Shown here: positions 8,517 to 17,818 of the stretch, one piece after another | Numbering within the stretch: position 1 is the stretch's first letter | How the letters are laid out: every line of letters begins with the position of its first letter | Source: a virus | Taxonomy: Duplodnaviria; Caudoviricetes | Reading direction: 5' to 3' (one strand) | IMG/VR virus record: IMGVR_UViG_3300043579_000150 | Span: 1-34,137 of that record | DNA: 34,137 nt | The notes under the pieces: generated by a model | The model's database searches: none | What the model saw: only the letters and a program-made list of their open reading frames with translations | What the model was told of the DNA's origin: nothing | Translations under genes and position numbers: made by a program

Positions 8517-11500
8517 ATGGTTGCCCCAGTTTTCGCTAGATTGTTTGGAGGTATTGGAGGATTAGCTAAAGATTCAGCTAAGCTCGGCGCGGCTACATTT
8601 TTGTCCCGTCATGGAGGTATTTTCGGGCAAGCTGCCTCCATGGGTGTTCTTGGGCATAACTGGCAAGATATTCGCACAACTGTTCTTGTGGGTTTAACTT
8701 ATCAGGCGTTTCAAGGCACTGGTGTTATTGGTAATCTGGTTCAAGTCGGAGTTATGAAAGCTCTGACTCGGTCGTCTCTCAAAAACATTGAAGATGAAAT
8801 AAAAAAGGCTGAAGTTACCAGAGTTGAGCCTAATCAAAAAAATGAGCCCAAAGATTTACTTGGTCTTATTCAGAAGATTGATAAGAAGCATGTGGATTCT
8901 GTCAATCAAGTACGCCAAGCCATGCAAAAGACTAACACATATTTTTATAAGATCACTCAAGAGCATACCAAGGGATTTGAGAAGACTGGGAAACATCTTA
9001 CTCTTCATCAACAGCATTTAGATAAACTTGAGCGAGATATCAGAAATATCACGACTCGGCTTAATATACTTGGCGGCGCCACTTCAAAACTACAACAGTC
9101 TAGTCCTCTAAAACCAAATGTATATGATTCAAATCAGAAAGCGTTACCAAAACCATCTAATATCGTTGATGCTGATTATGAAGAAATCAAGGAAATCTTC
9201 TTACCAAGTACAAGCGGTAAAAAAGCTCTTCCAAGTCCACAGAATATAGGAAAAGTTGCTGATAAGGTTGGAGAACTAGCATTTAAAGTTCCATTACAAA
9301 GAGGCGGCGGCGCTTTACAAAACATACAGAAACTCGTATCTGGTGTTTTATTTTCAATGCCGAGTTCTATGCTTGCTGGTTTTGCAGCTGGAACGCTTGG
9401 AGGACTTCTAGGTAGTTTTATTGGCAAGGCTATGGCTGGTGGTGGCGGAATGACTGATCTACCGAAACAAGTTGATTGGACGCCTGATTATTTCAATCTC
9501 CGCGTAAAAAGCAATATCTTTATGGAAAGTAGTAAGGATATTATAATCAGAGGAAAAAATGTAACAATTCGCGCCGATAATGAACTAAGACTTATTGGAG
9601 GAAAAATTATTGGTGGACCTGGAACGGGCGGAACAGGAAGCGGAAGAGGAGGACTAAACACTACTCATACGCCTGGTAAAGTTGGAACTGGTATTGGAAG
9701 CGATATGATTGGCGAGCCTGATAATCGTTCTCGTTTTGAGGCAATGAAAGATAGAGCATTTGGAAGAACACCAAGCGCTGCCCCAGATACCACAGGTAGT
9801 TATCCAACATATCCAGGTGGCTCTCCAACTCCCGGAGGTATGCTGCCTTCTCCAAGAACAGGTGGACCAGAATATAACATACCTGGGCTTACACCACAAC
9901 CTAGTTTTCCTACTGATGGTCCAATAAGTCCTGAAACTTCATTAAATAAAGGTAAGGCCCCATTTTCAGGAATACAAACTCCTTCAACTCCATCAATAGA
10001 TTATGGTCAAGGTTCACAAATTCCTGGATTTATGGGAAGACAACCAATTGCTCCTGGAACACAAGGAGGTCTTTTAGGAACTACTGGAACAGCAATTGAA
10101 AGTGGAGAATTAACTCCCGGCGCTATGAAAATACGGCGTGATCTTCCTGTTATTCAAGGAGTTCCTGCTTCAATAAGATATAATAATCCTGGAGCACAAT
10201 ATCCAAGTCTTGCAGCTGAAAAGTATGGTATGACAAGTTATGGTATCATTGGTGGTGGACATAAAATTGCGCAGTTTCCAACCAGAGTTCATGGCTTGGC
10301 TGCTAACATGGATAATTTCAATCGTGGTTATGTTGGATTAACTTTAGAACAGGCTAAAAGTAAATGGCGAGATGATGCAAGAAATGGTGCAAGTCCTATG
10401 CCTGCTGGGTTTGATCCAAGTAAAAAACTAACAAAAGAAATGCTGCATGATCCTAATTTCATGGTTCCTTGGATGAAAGCTATGTCCAAACATGAAGCTG
10501 GAAAACATAATCCAATTACTGATGATGAATATAAACAAGCTCATGAATGGTTCAAACAAGGTGGAATAAAAGGAGCAACCGGGTCTTCTGGAGGAAATAG
10601 ACAAGATCAATTCAATCCAAAAATGTCTTCCACGCCTGGAACTGCTTTGGATTTTAGCCAATCAACTCCAAAATCTTTATTACCTGATCAAATGTCTCCT
10701 TCTATGGGGCCTTGGAGTAATTTTCATAGAAATGAAGCTTGGAATCCAAAAGCTCCATCACCTGATGCTCTAAAAAATACTCCAGAAAGTATTATTAGTG
10801 ACGCAATGTTTGGTAAAGGTGATCCGCGTTCTTTAGCTGTTGATCGTGCCTTAACTATGAGAGGATTACATGAACAAAAGGATAGAGAAGTAGTAAAACA
10901 ATATCTCGCTAAAGGTGGAGCGGGAATGGACCCTGCACAAATTGCTTGGTGTGCTGCCTTTGTCAATTCAACTTTGCAACAAGAAGGTATTCAGGGAACA
11001 ACAGGTCCAAGTAGAATGATGGCGCGAAGTTTTCATTCTTGGGGAGATAATGTCAGAGGTGATCCACAAAAAGGCGATGTGATGGTGAAAGGATCACACG
11101 TCGGTATTTTTACAGGCATTACTAGACAACGTGGTGGACGTACTGAATATCAAATGGTTTCTGGTAACAGTGCTGATAAAGTTCAAGAAACATGGCATGG
11201 TGCAGGAGAATATCAATTTAGACGTGCTAGTGATAAAGAATTAGGTAAGCTTGGTGAAGATAAAAATCATTTACAACGGGAGCATGATAAAGAAGCAGCC
11301 AGTAAATTTCCTTGGCAGCCATTAGACCCAGAATGGCGAAAAATGGTGGGCAAAGATTCTAAAGGAATGAGTGCTCTTCAAAAAGCATATGAAGATCAAA
11401 CTGGAAAGAAAGCAGCTGAAGACCCTGAAGCTTTTAAGGCATGGCATGATAATTTTGTGAAAAATCTTCCAGGAATTAGTGTAGATAAACCCCAACCATC

Positions 11501-12455
11501 CTTTACTCCACCAGCTGATTTTGGAAAACAACAACCTGATGCTACTCCAGTTGCAAAACCAGATACAAGAAGTGATTTTGAAATAGCAAATGATCCAAAA
11601 GGTAGGGGATTTCCAACTGATCTTTCAAGTGTTGAAAATAAAGTGTATCCTGATGGAACTGTAAGAAATAGAGCTATTGAAACTCAAAGAGATATTTTGA
11701 ATAGAGCTTATGGAGAAAGATCAGAAGAAACACAGCGTTCCGAAATTGGAATACCTGGAAAAGTTGTTGGAACGGACAAACCATATGACAAAGTTCCTTA
11801 TGCTAATCCATTTCATCCAGATTCAAAAATACAAGATGCTACAGCTATTCCTAAACCAGATATGAATGAGGTATATCCGTCATCAGAAAGAATCTTTGAT
11901 CCAAATGCTCAAGATCAATCTGGTAAAAAACATCCAATGAATAATATGCCAGTTCATCATCTCGGAAAAGATGGTGTCTGGCGTGAATACAAAGTTCCGG
12001 GAGCAACAGTTTCTCCTCAAGCTCGCGCCGAAACTCTGAGAAAATTAAAAGAGCATGTCGCAAGAAATCCTGGACAATCTATAGAAGGTATGCCAAAACA
12101 TGCCTGGAAACTAGATAATAAAATAGGTCCAAATGCACAAGAAGCATTGATGACTAATGCTCAAAACTATGCAGAAGGTGAATTTCGTGGAACAAAAACT
12201 CCTAATCCAAATGACTTAAAACCAGCCGATTCTTCTCCCGCGAAAAAAGACATTCAAAGTGACAGTGGTGACATTACCAAAGGTTCATCAGAAGAATTGA
12301 ACAAACAAATTGACAGGCAGATTGAAACGAGGGAAACTAGCGATCAAGCTAACGATATCAAAGACCCACGGCACAGTCCAGAAACGAAATCTCCTGGTGT
12401 AAGTGATAACGGATACGGTTCAGAAAACAAAGGGAAGCCAGATGCATCAGACTGA
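8517..12455 (+). CDS. Tape-measure-like virion protein with lysozyme-like and CHAP/NlpC-like domains
   Basis: Follows gp26/gp51; Gly/Ala hydrophobic and coiled-coil N-terminus; SIRYNNPGA motif (~10170); AWCAAFVN...GSHVGIF...SGN motif (~10940-11170). Confidence 0.7.
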   Translation: MVAPVFARLFGGIGGLAKDSAKLGAATFLSRHGGIFGQAASMGVLGHNWQDIRTTVLVGLTYQAFQGTGVIGNLVQVGVMKALTRSSLKNIEDEIKKAEVTRVEPNQKNEPKDLLGLIQKIDKKHVDSVNQVRQAMQKTNTYFYKITQEHTKGFEKTGKHLTLHQQHLDKLERDIRNITTRLNILGGATSKLQQSSPLKPNVYDSNQKALPKPSNIVDADYEEIKEIFLPSTSGKKALPSPQNIGKVADKVGELAFKVPLQRGGGALQNIQKLVSGVLFSMPSSMLAGFAAGTLGGLLGSFIGKAMAGGGGMTDLPKQVDWTPDYFNLRVKSNIFMESSKDIIIRGKNVTIRADNELRLIGGKIIGGPGTGGTGSGRGGLNTTHTPGKVGTGIGSDMIGEPDNRSRFEAMKDRAFGRTPSAAPDTTGSYPTYPGGSPTPGGMLPSPRTGGPEYNIPGLTPQPSFPTDGPISPETSLNKGKAPFSGIQTPSTPSIDYGQGSQIPGFMGRQPIAPGTQGGLLGTTGTAIESGELTPGAMKIRRDLPVIQGVPASIRYNNPGAQYPSLAAEKYGMTSYGIIGGGHKIAQFPTRVHGLAANMDNFNRGYVGLTLEQAKSKWRDDARNGASPMPAGFDPSKKLTKEMLHDPNFMVPWMKAMSKHEAGKHNPITDDEYKQAHEWFKQGGIKGATGSSGGNRQDQFNPKMSSTPGTALDFSQSTPKSLLPDQMSPSMGPWSNFHRNEAWNPKAPSPDALKNTPESIISDAMFGKGDPRSLAVDRALTMRGLHEQKDREVVKQYLAKGGAGMDPAQIAWCAAFVNSTLQQEGIQGTTGPSRMMARSFHSWGDNVRGDPQKGDVMVKGSHVGIFTGITRQRGGRTEYQMVSGNSADKVQETWHGAGEYQFRRASDKELGKLGEDKNHLQREHDKEAASKFPWQPLDPEWRKMVGKDSKGMSALQKAYEDQTGKKAAEDPEAFKAWHDNFVKNLPGISVDKPQPSFTPPADFGKQQPDATPVAKPDTRSDFEIANDPKGRGFPTDLSSVENKVYPDGTVRNRAIETQRDILNRAYGERSEETQRSEIGIPGKVVGTDKPYDKVPYANPFHPDSKIQDATAIPKPDMNEVYPSSERIFDPNAQDQSGKKHPMNNMPVHHLGKDGVWREYKVPGATVSPQARAETLRKLKEHVARNPGQSIEGMPKHAWKLDNKIGPNAQEALMTNAQNYAEGEFRGTKTPNPNDLKPADSSPAKKDIQSDSGDITKGSSEELNKQIDRQIETRETSDQANDIKDPRHSPETKSPGVSDNGYGSENKGKPDASD

Positions 12456-14286
12456 TAGCAATCTGAAACTTGTGATCTGTCCTGAAAAAACAAGTCACAT
12501 CTTTAGCCCCCCGAAAAAAGCCGGACTTTCCACCTCTAACACTGTTCTCCTGACAACGCTGATCACTGGAGTTTGTTTTTCTTCTCCAGCCGCCATTTCA
12601 GCGATTCATAGAGAAGTGTTTGTTATGCCTGGGAATCTCTCAGGTGGCGACGTTCAGGCTGGCCGCACCTCATGGTTTGGTCAGTATGGCTTTGGCAAGC
12701 ACGTTGACGGCCTCCACAAGCACGTCTGGCGCGACCCTGACAAGCCAGCTAATCGCGTCCCTGCCTCAGGCTTGCCTCAGACGGTGCCAGGGATCGCGTT
12801 GCCGTCTCCTAAGACCCTGAAGCACTGGTATGAAGTAGAACTAAAAGGCAAGCGTTACAAGGTCCAACAAACGGATATCATGCCGGATCAACGCAAGGGT
12901 CGCAAGATAGATATCAATGCGCCTCTAGCTGATATGGTTGGTTGGACTCCCGATGACTTTCCAACGGACTCTATTGTTCGCTTCCGTTATCTTGGAAAAG
13001 AACTACCTTTGTCCCAGCCGGAACTAAGTCTTGGAGGAAGTGAAACAAAATCTGAGAAAAAACAGGGAGAAATAGCACCCAGAAAAACTGGCATTGACAG
13101 GTCTATGTTTGCCAAGGAGCTAGAAGACGATAAAGTTTTAATTCGTCTTTATGCTCTCACTTTGGCTGAAGTTGGCGCAGAGCATGAAGATGCACAAACA
13201 GCCCTAATGGAAACTATCTTCAACAGAGCTTTTTATCGCAAGACTTCTCTCTGGGAGCAAATGCAAGCCAACTACTATGAGCCCTTGCAAACCGGCAGCT
13301 TCCAACGCAATGGAATGGGGCGCCTGAACAAAACAACAAGGGCTAAACTAGCGAAAGTTTTGGAGCGAGTGAAAGCTGGATCAAATGTCAGCAACTTCGC
13401 TGTGCATAATAGTTCCGCTCACGTCGCAGCTAACGCCAAAAGAAATCATGGCTGGTATAAAACAATCGGCGGCGAAACTTTCTCAACCAAAATAGGCGCT
13501 CCTGGTGATCCTGATGAAACGGATATCATCAAGCGTCTGCCGAGAATAGAAGTTGCGGAGCTTCCAAAACTGGCGATGCTTGAAGCTGGCCCTGATATGA
13601 AAGAAAGATCGCTCACGGCTGGAATACCAAGACAAGAAAGTATGGATGAACTGAGTATCGGTCTTCCGCCTCCAGTTCTATCGAAGAAAACTCTGAAAGA
13701 CATGTCGCCAAAAATCCATGGCAAAGTACCCCATGGAATGCATCCTGTCATCAAAGCCAGTATGACAGAAGCCAGTAAGATGCTGCCGGAAGGATATAGC
13801 GTGCGGTTTGATAATGCTGCGCGCACGTCTTCTTCAATCGGCGGCCGGTCTTATCATCTGCAATGGGATAGGCATGGCGCCCTCGCAGTTGATATTGAAA
13901 TCAGAGGCCCAAAAGGCCCCTTGCGTAACATTGCTTCCCCGAAAAACTTTGCGATGTATAGGGACTTTATGCACTGGACGAAAAAAATCCAGTATGAATT
14001 GTTCCCGGATTACAGAGGAAAAGGGCGTTGGGGCGGCTACTTTACAGCTGGTGTTTCTCAAGACCTAATGCACTATGATTTAGGTCCAGAAAGAGGAACA
14101 ATGGCAGGAAACTGGGAAGTCGGATTGAAGAAACAATGGCGTCACTTCGGTTTGCCCGGCGATGTGGGGAAGGGGATGGGAAGCCTCGCCGGGTTTAAGC
14201 TGCCCATGCCGATACCGCCTGATATGCGCACGGCCTCTATTGACTTCGTTCGCGCCGGTCGGCCTGGAAGGCATTCGCGCAGATAG
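12403..14286 (+). CDS. Multidomain cell-wall hydrolase: DPBB/RlpA-like, SleB/Hydrolase_2-like and M15-like peptidase (start uncertain, possibly ATG 12625)
   Basis: TSWFG...IALP...TDIMP...IDI (DPBB-like); LTLAEVGAE...ETIFNR (SleB-like); SYH...AVD...RWGGYF...DLMH (M15 Zn peptidase-like). Confidence 0.7.
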   Translation: MITDTVQKTKGSQMHQTDSNLKLVICPEKTSHIFSPPKKAGLSTSNTVLLTTLITGVCFSSPAAISAIHREVFVMPGNLSGGDVQAGRTSWFGQYGFGKHVDGLHKHVWRDPDKPANRVPASGLPQTVPGIALPSPKTLKHWYEVELKGKRYKVQQTDIMPDQRKGRKIDINAPLADMVGWTPDDFPTDSIVRFRYLGKELPLSQPELSLGGSETKSEKKQGEIAPRKTGIDRSMFAKELEDDKVLIRLYALTLAEVGAEHEDAQTALMETIFNRAFYRKTSLWEQMQANYYEPLQTGSFQRNGMGRLNKTTRAKLAKVLERVKAGSNVSNFAVHNSSAHVAANAKRNHGWYKTIGGETFSTKIGAPGDPDETDIIKRLPRIEVAELPKLAMLEAGPDMKERSLTAGIPRQESMDELSIGLPPPVLSKKTLKDMSPKIHGKVPHGMHPVIKASMTEASKMLPEGYSVRFDNAARTSSSIGGRSYHLQWDRHGALAVDIEIRGPKGPLRNIASPKNFAMYRDFMHWTKKIQYELFPDYRGKGRWGGYFTAGVSQDLMHYDLGPERGTMAGNWEVGLKKQWRHFGLPGDVGKGMGSLAGFKLPMPIPPDMRTASIDFVRAGRPGRHSRR

Positions 14287-14308
14287 CTTCCGCACCGACT
14301 GCGCGGAT

Positions 14309-14361
14309 ACCGGCTAGGAAGAAAAGATTCGCCTCCGATCTTCCTAGCCGGTTCTTTTTTT
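14309..14361 (+). terminator. Intrinsic terminator ending the plus-strand structural operon
   Basis: 14-bp inverted repeat ACCGGCTAGGAAGA / TCTTCCTAGCCGGT followed by a T run. Confidence 0.8.
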
Positions 14362-14437
14362 GGTAGCCCTGGTCGGATTTGAACCAACGATCAATCACTT
14401 ATGAGGTGACGGCTTTGACCAACTAAGCTACAGGGCC
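14361..14437 (-). tRNA. tRNA with CAU anticodon, probably Ile2 (lysidine), alternatively elongator Met
   Basis: GGCCCTG/CAGGGCT acceptor stem, D arm, GTCAC-CTCATAA-GTGAT anticodon arm, GGTTCAAATCC T arm, encoded CCA; resembles bacterial ileX-type tRNA. Confidence 0.92.
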
Positions 14438-14440
14438 AGT

Positions 14441-14631
14441 TTATTTTTTCAGGTCTTTAAAATGACGCCAAGCGATGGCATCATATATTTTTCCAAGCCG
14501 CCTCAGAACAAACTCAACAAAATCCTGAATCAAATCGGAGAAGACATACCAGAACATGCTTGCCCACCACAAAACAATCCAGGTGATAAACTTGCGTTTG
14601 TTTTTGAGAGCAACAGGATAAACTCAAACAT
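14441..14631 (-). pseudogene. Frame-disrupted remnant of a membrane protein gene
   Basis: GGAG SD and ATG at 14631 are out of frame with a protein-like frame at 14623-14441 (YPVALKNKRKFITWIVLWWASMFW...RHFKDLKK). Confidence 0.4.
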
Positions 14632-14647
14632 AATACTCTCCTTTTTC

Positions 14648-14989
14648 TCAGGTTGATTTTGGTTGTTTGCGGATGATCAGATAATCAACCCGCTTTCGGT
14701 CTTTGATACGATAGAACTTAGCTCTAGATTTTAAATAAGCGTGTAGTCTGTTATCATCCCATTCAGTGATGTTTGAAACTTCTCGGATGATTTTGTGATT
14801 CTCCCCATCAAATGTATTGTGCCCGGTATCTGTAAAAAATTCTTTTATTTCTTTTTCAATTTGTTTCAGGTGTCGGATACGTGCCCTGGTTTGAATAAAG
14901 ATATCAATTATCTCAGAAAGTGAAGCCCCATCTAGTCTATGCCGTAGGGAGGAGTCGCTTGAAATTCTTACGCGCTTGAGCATTACCAT
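14648..14989 (-). CDS. Hypothetical protein
   Basis: 113-aa ORF in a tightly packed minus-strand array. Confidence 0.6.
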   Translation of the reverse strand: MVMLKRVRISSDSSLRHRLDGASLSEIIDIFIQTRARIRHLKQIEKEIKEFFTDTGHNTFDGENHKIIREVSNITEWDDNRLHAYLKSRAKFYRIKDRKRVDYLIIRKQPKST

Positions 14990-15155
14990 GGTCCCCTGTT
15001 TTCAACAATTCCCGTGTGTGGAACCTTAGCACATGTCGGATGAAGACTTCAAGCGACATTTCATACTTGGCTGCAAGAAAACGCATATCTTTCACGTCTT
15101 CTGCATCCAGGTCTAATGTTATCTTTCTTTTGGAGATATCAAGCTTAGTCGTCAT
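14937..15155 (-). CDS. Ribbon-helix-helix (CopG-like) DNA-binding protein
   Basis: KRKITLDL beta-ribbon followed by two helices (LAAKYEMSLEVFIRHVL). Confidence 0.6.
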   Translation of the reverse strand: MTTKLDISKRKITLDLDAEDVKDMRFLAAKYEMSLEVFIRHVLRFHTRELLKTGDHGNAQARKNFKRLLPTA

Positions 15156-15348
15156 TGTTTCTCTCCGGGATAATCACAAGCCTGTAGTTTTCAGGATCAA
15201 ACGATTCAGCTGTTTGCCTCCTGATATAGTTATTCGCCTCGTCTTTTGTGAATGCATAAGGCTGGCCGCCCGTTGGTCTTACTGCTTGCCATTGGAATTG
15301 GTTGCCAGTTCTCGGAAGCCGCACTTTCACTTCCACATGGTATTTCAT
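15145..15348 (-). CDS. Hypothetical protein (start MKYHVEV)
   Basis: ATGA overlap with the upstream ORF; purine-rich SD. Confidence 0.55.
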   Translation of the reverse strand: MKYHVEVKVRLPRTGNQFQWQAVRPTGGQPYAFTKDEANNYIRRQTAESFDPENYRLVIIPERNNDD

Positions 15349-15638
15349 TTCTTTTCCCCTTTGGGTTTCTTCCACATCCTGAGTTGATCCAAGTGGATAT
15401 GATAGTAGCCGAACCCTTCAAAGAAAACGATGCTGTGATTAGGTCCAAAAGGCCGAGAATATCCCACCTTCCCGATACTTCTTTTCGGAATGGGAACCAT
15501 ATGTTCTCCGCGTGAATGTTCTTTAATCAAAACAACTTTCTGACCGGGAACCTGTTTCGGTTTCCGCAACAAAGAAAGTTTTGAATCATAATCTAGAAAG
15601 TGCGTCTTGTTGCTCATGTTGTTCATTTTGTTCTTCAC
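15345..15638 (-). CDS. Hypothetical protein
   Basis: 97-aa ORF overlapping both neighbours by 4 nt. Confidence 0.55.
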   Translation of the reverse strand: MKNKMNNMSNKTHFLDYDSKLSLLRKPKQVPGQKVVLIKEHSRGEHMVPIPKRSIGKVGYSRPFGPNHSIVFFEGFGYYHIHLDQLRMWKKPKGEKK

Positions 15639-15724
15639 TTTCCAATGTAGTAGAGTGCAAGGACTAAAAGTCCAACTAACACCAACACATCAATGGTAGT
15701 GATATATCTTAATATATGTTTCAT
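15635..15724 (-). CDS. 29-aa single-TM peptide (not in ORF track)
   Basis: MKHILRYITTIDVLVLVGLLVLALYYIGK; ATGA and GTGA overlaps on both sides. Confidence 0.5.
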   Translation of the reverse strand: MKHILRYITTIDVLVLVGLLVLALYYIGK

Positions 15725-15897
15725 GACATATATTTTCCCAATTCACTTCTTTCCAGATTCCAACCCATACCAGTGAGAATCAAATCCCAAATCATTCCCA
15801 TATGATAAGCATGATGAGCACCATATATTTGAACGCCATTTGTATTGGCCAGTTTCAAATGCAGAAGAATTTTTTCAGCGTCGGTCGGATAGTTCAT
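15721..15897 (-). CDS. 58-aa hypothetical protein (not in ORF track)
   Basis: MNYPTDAEKILLHLKLANTNG...; ATGA-coupled at both ends, fills the gap exactly. Confidence 0.55.
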   Translation of the reverse strand: MNYPTDAEKILLHLKLANTNGVQIYGAHHAYHMGMIWDLILTGMGWNLERSELGKYMS

Positions 15898-16250
15898 GAC
15901 ACTTCTTCTTTCTCCATATCAGCATACACTTTGATGATCGCTTGTTTCAAATCCTCATATTTTACGGTGAAGATGTGATCACCGTTGCCATAGCCGTCAT
16001 CATCATAAAGAGAAAATTCTAGCTCATTTGTAACCGGGTCTTTAGCGATAGCAAATGCTGCTCTTGTAGTTTTGTATGAAGTTTCTTGATGCTGGCGCCA
16101 AGCCTCCAAATCATCTAGAGTTCTTTTGAGCGGCGCGAACGGACAGCTATAGCGCGCAGGCGAATAGTTGGAACAGTTTCTCGGGGGAATTTCCACGTCC
16201 CGCCGATTACAGACTGAGCAATTGGTTTTCATGACACGTTCAACCTTCAA
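15894..16250 (-). CDS. Hypothetical protein with N-terminal Cys cluster
   Basis: CSVC...C...CP possible Zn site; packed in the operon. Confidence 0.55.
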   Translation of the reverse strand: MKVERVMKTNCSVCNRRDVEIPPRNCSNYSPARYSCPFAPLKRTLDDLEAWRQHQETSYKTTRAAFAIAKDPVTNELEFSLYDDDGYGNGDHIFTVKYEDLKQAIIKVYADMEKEEVS

Positions 16251-16995
16251 TCACGCGCTGACTGTCTAGTTGGGCGTCCTGGCGCAAGGCCACATTATCA
16301 CCAGCCTTCAAGCCAGCTGCATAGGCGTTAGGATCGACCTTCTTGCCCTTCACAGCCGCGCCGGGCTTGAGCTTGAGTCGTTGCTGCATCTGAGCCCACA
16401 ACGAAGTCACCACATCCTTGCGGATCACAACCAACGCATTTCTGCTAGGAACGTTCCGCTTACGCTCTTCCATGATTTCAAAAAACCGCTGATTGATTCG
16501 GTTGGTCATTCCGAACATGAAAGAAGCACGAAGTTTTCGGCCATGTATCACGCCGCGATTGACATGCAGATAGTGCGCAAACTCCGTTTCCATAACCATA
16601 CGGATCATGTCAGTCATTTGGTGGGCGAGTTCCGTGTGCATTTCCGAGCCGAAATAAACCAGTTCTCCGCCCTGGCCTTCATTGACTAAAGCAGTAGTGA
16701 AAACGCGGCAGTCAAAAAACTCCGCAATTCGCATCAAGCAATTGTGAACCTCATGAAAGGACTTGCGCCGTCTGGAACCACGGACATACCCAGGCTTTCC
16801 GCGAGCCCCATAACGCTCGCCGCGCACCTCTTGCTCCATGTCCACATAGGTTAGATCATACTCTGCCATGAGTTTAGCGGCCATTGCAGCAGCGTTCATG
16901 GCCTCGCCTTCCGTGGCCCCATTCTCAATAGTCAGAGCTAGAAGCGCACGCACCTTGGCCCTGATCTGTTCTCTTTTTGTGCTACCTTCGTTCAT
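16240..16995 (-). CDS. DUF2786-type domain protein (start revised to MNEGST)
   Basis: KVRALLAL...EGEAMNAAAMAAKLMAEYDL N-terminal motif; C-terminal AYAAGLKAGDNV. Confidence 0.78.
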   Translation of the reverse strand: MNEGSTKREQIRAKVRALLALTIENGATEGEAMNAAAMAAKLMAEYDLTYVDMEQEVRGERYGARGKPGYVRGSRRRKSFHEVHNCLMRIAEFFDCRVFTTALVNEGQGGELVYFGSEMHTELAHQMTDMIRMVMETEFAHYLHVNRGVIHGRKLRASFMFGMTNRINQRFFEIMEERKRNVPSRNALVVIRKDVVTSLWAQMQQRLKLKPGAAVKGKKVDPNAYAAGLKAGDNVALRQDAQLDSQRVIEG

Positions 16996-17035
16996 GATAC
17001 AGGGGCCTTTCTTTGGTGCGTTGTTTCTAGACAAA

Positions 17036-17080
17036 AGAATAGCCCAAAGAAAGTCGGCCGTCCAATCACAACTTTGTGAT
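17036..17080 (-). promoter_or_regulatory. Sigma70-type promoter with adjacent 16-bp palindrome
   Basis: TGGACG-N17-TATTCT (17064-17036); ATCACAA-CT-TTGTGAT at 17065-17080 abuts the -35. Confidence 0.55.
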
Positions 17081-17373
17081 CAATGTTTCGTGGCATTGTT
17101 TGGAGGTTGTTCTTTTACTTTTTCTATGATTTCTTCTCCATCCACTAAAGCAATACAAGCTATAGTGGAATGAAGAGTTACATTCACTTGGCGTAAAAGA
17201 TTGACTAAAGAAAGTTCATCTTTTTCATGAAGATTATCAGCAATCATCATCAATAATAGAAATATAAAAGCACAGGCCGTATTCTTATCGGAATACTCGG
17301 CCTGTGCTTTTTCTTGCATAAAGTTGTCAAGTTTTTCTGCCAACTTTAGTTGATCTGGAGTCAAGATTCGCAT
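17080..17373 (-). CDS. Hypothetical protein
   Basis: 97-aa ORF, TAATG-coupled to the upstream gene. Confidence 0.6.
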   Translation of the reverse strand: MRILTPDQLKLAEKLDNFMQEKAQAEYSDKNTACAFIFLLLMMIADNLHEKDELSLVNLLRQVNVTLHSTIACIALVDGEEIIEKVKEQPPNNATKH

Positions 17374-17753
17374 TAGTTGGATTTAGCCCTCAAAACGAAT
17401 TGGAGTCCCATGGCGTCAGCTATGGCACATGTTGTTGTCATATAGGGACCATGAACATAATACATATACTTTCCGCCGCGTCCATAGTTGAGAAAGCGAT
17501 TCACAGTTCCCAAAGCTGTTATTCCACCGTCTGCTTTGATTCTTTCTGCGATTTGTTTTGTTGTTATTTTCAAATGAATGTTGCGCTTTGCCAATTCCTC
17601 TTGAACGTCGCGGACCATTTTTTTGTATTTGTTATTGTCCTTGAAAGTTCGTTTTGGAATGTCATGTTGAGAAGATAGTTTTCCTTTTATTCCGCCGCTT
17701 TTGGCAATAAGCTTATCTACTTGTTCTTGGATTCGCGCAGTTGACTTGAGCAT
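17373..17753 (-). CDS. XRE/Cro-like helix-turn-helix protein
   Basis: TKQIAERI...GTVNRFLN...PYMTTTCAIADAMG pattern; GGAG SD. Confidence 0.6.
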   Translation of the reverse strand: MLKSTARIQEQVDKLIAKSGGIKGKLSSQHDIPKRTFKDNNKYKKMVRDVQEELAKRNIHLKITTKQIAERIKADGGITALGTVNRFLNYGRGGKYMYYVHGPYMTTTCAIADAMGLQFVLRAKSN

Positions 17754-17818
17754 TTTAGACTCCGGTTTTCGGTGGTGGTAGATGCTGATATTCCCCTAGT
17801 TTTCAAACATAGGGATCA

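Noticed and set aside
14290-14360. Possible theta (HDV-like) ribozyme in the tRNA 3' trailer
   Set aside because: Only simple hairpins are visible; I could not build the nested double pseudoknot, and a terminator explains it.
16270-16689. 139-aa plus-strand ORF
   Set aside because: Antisense shadow of the DUF2786 gene.
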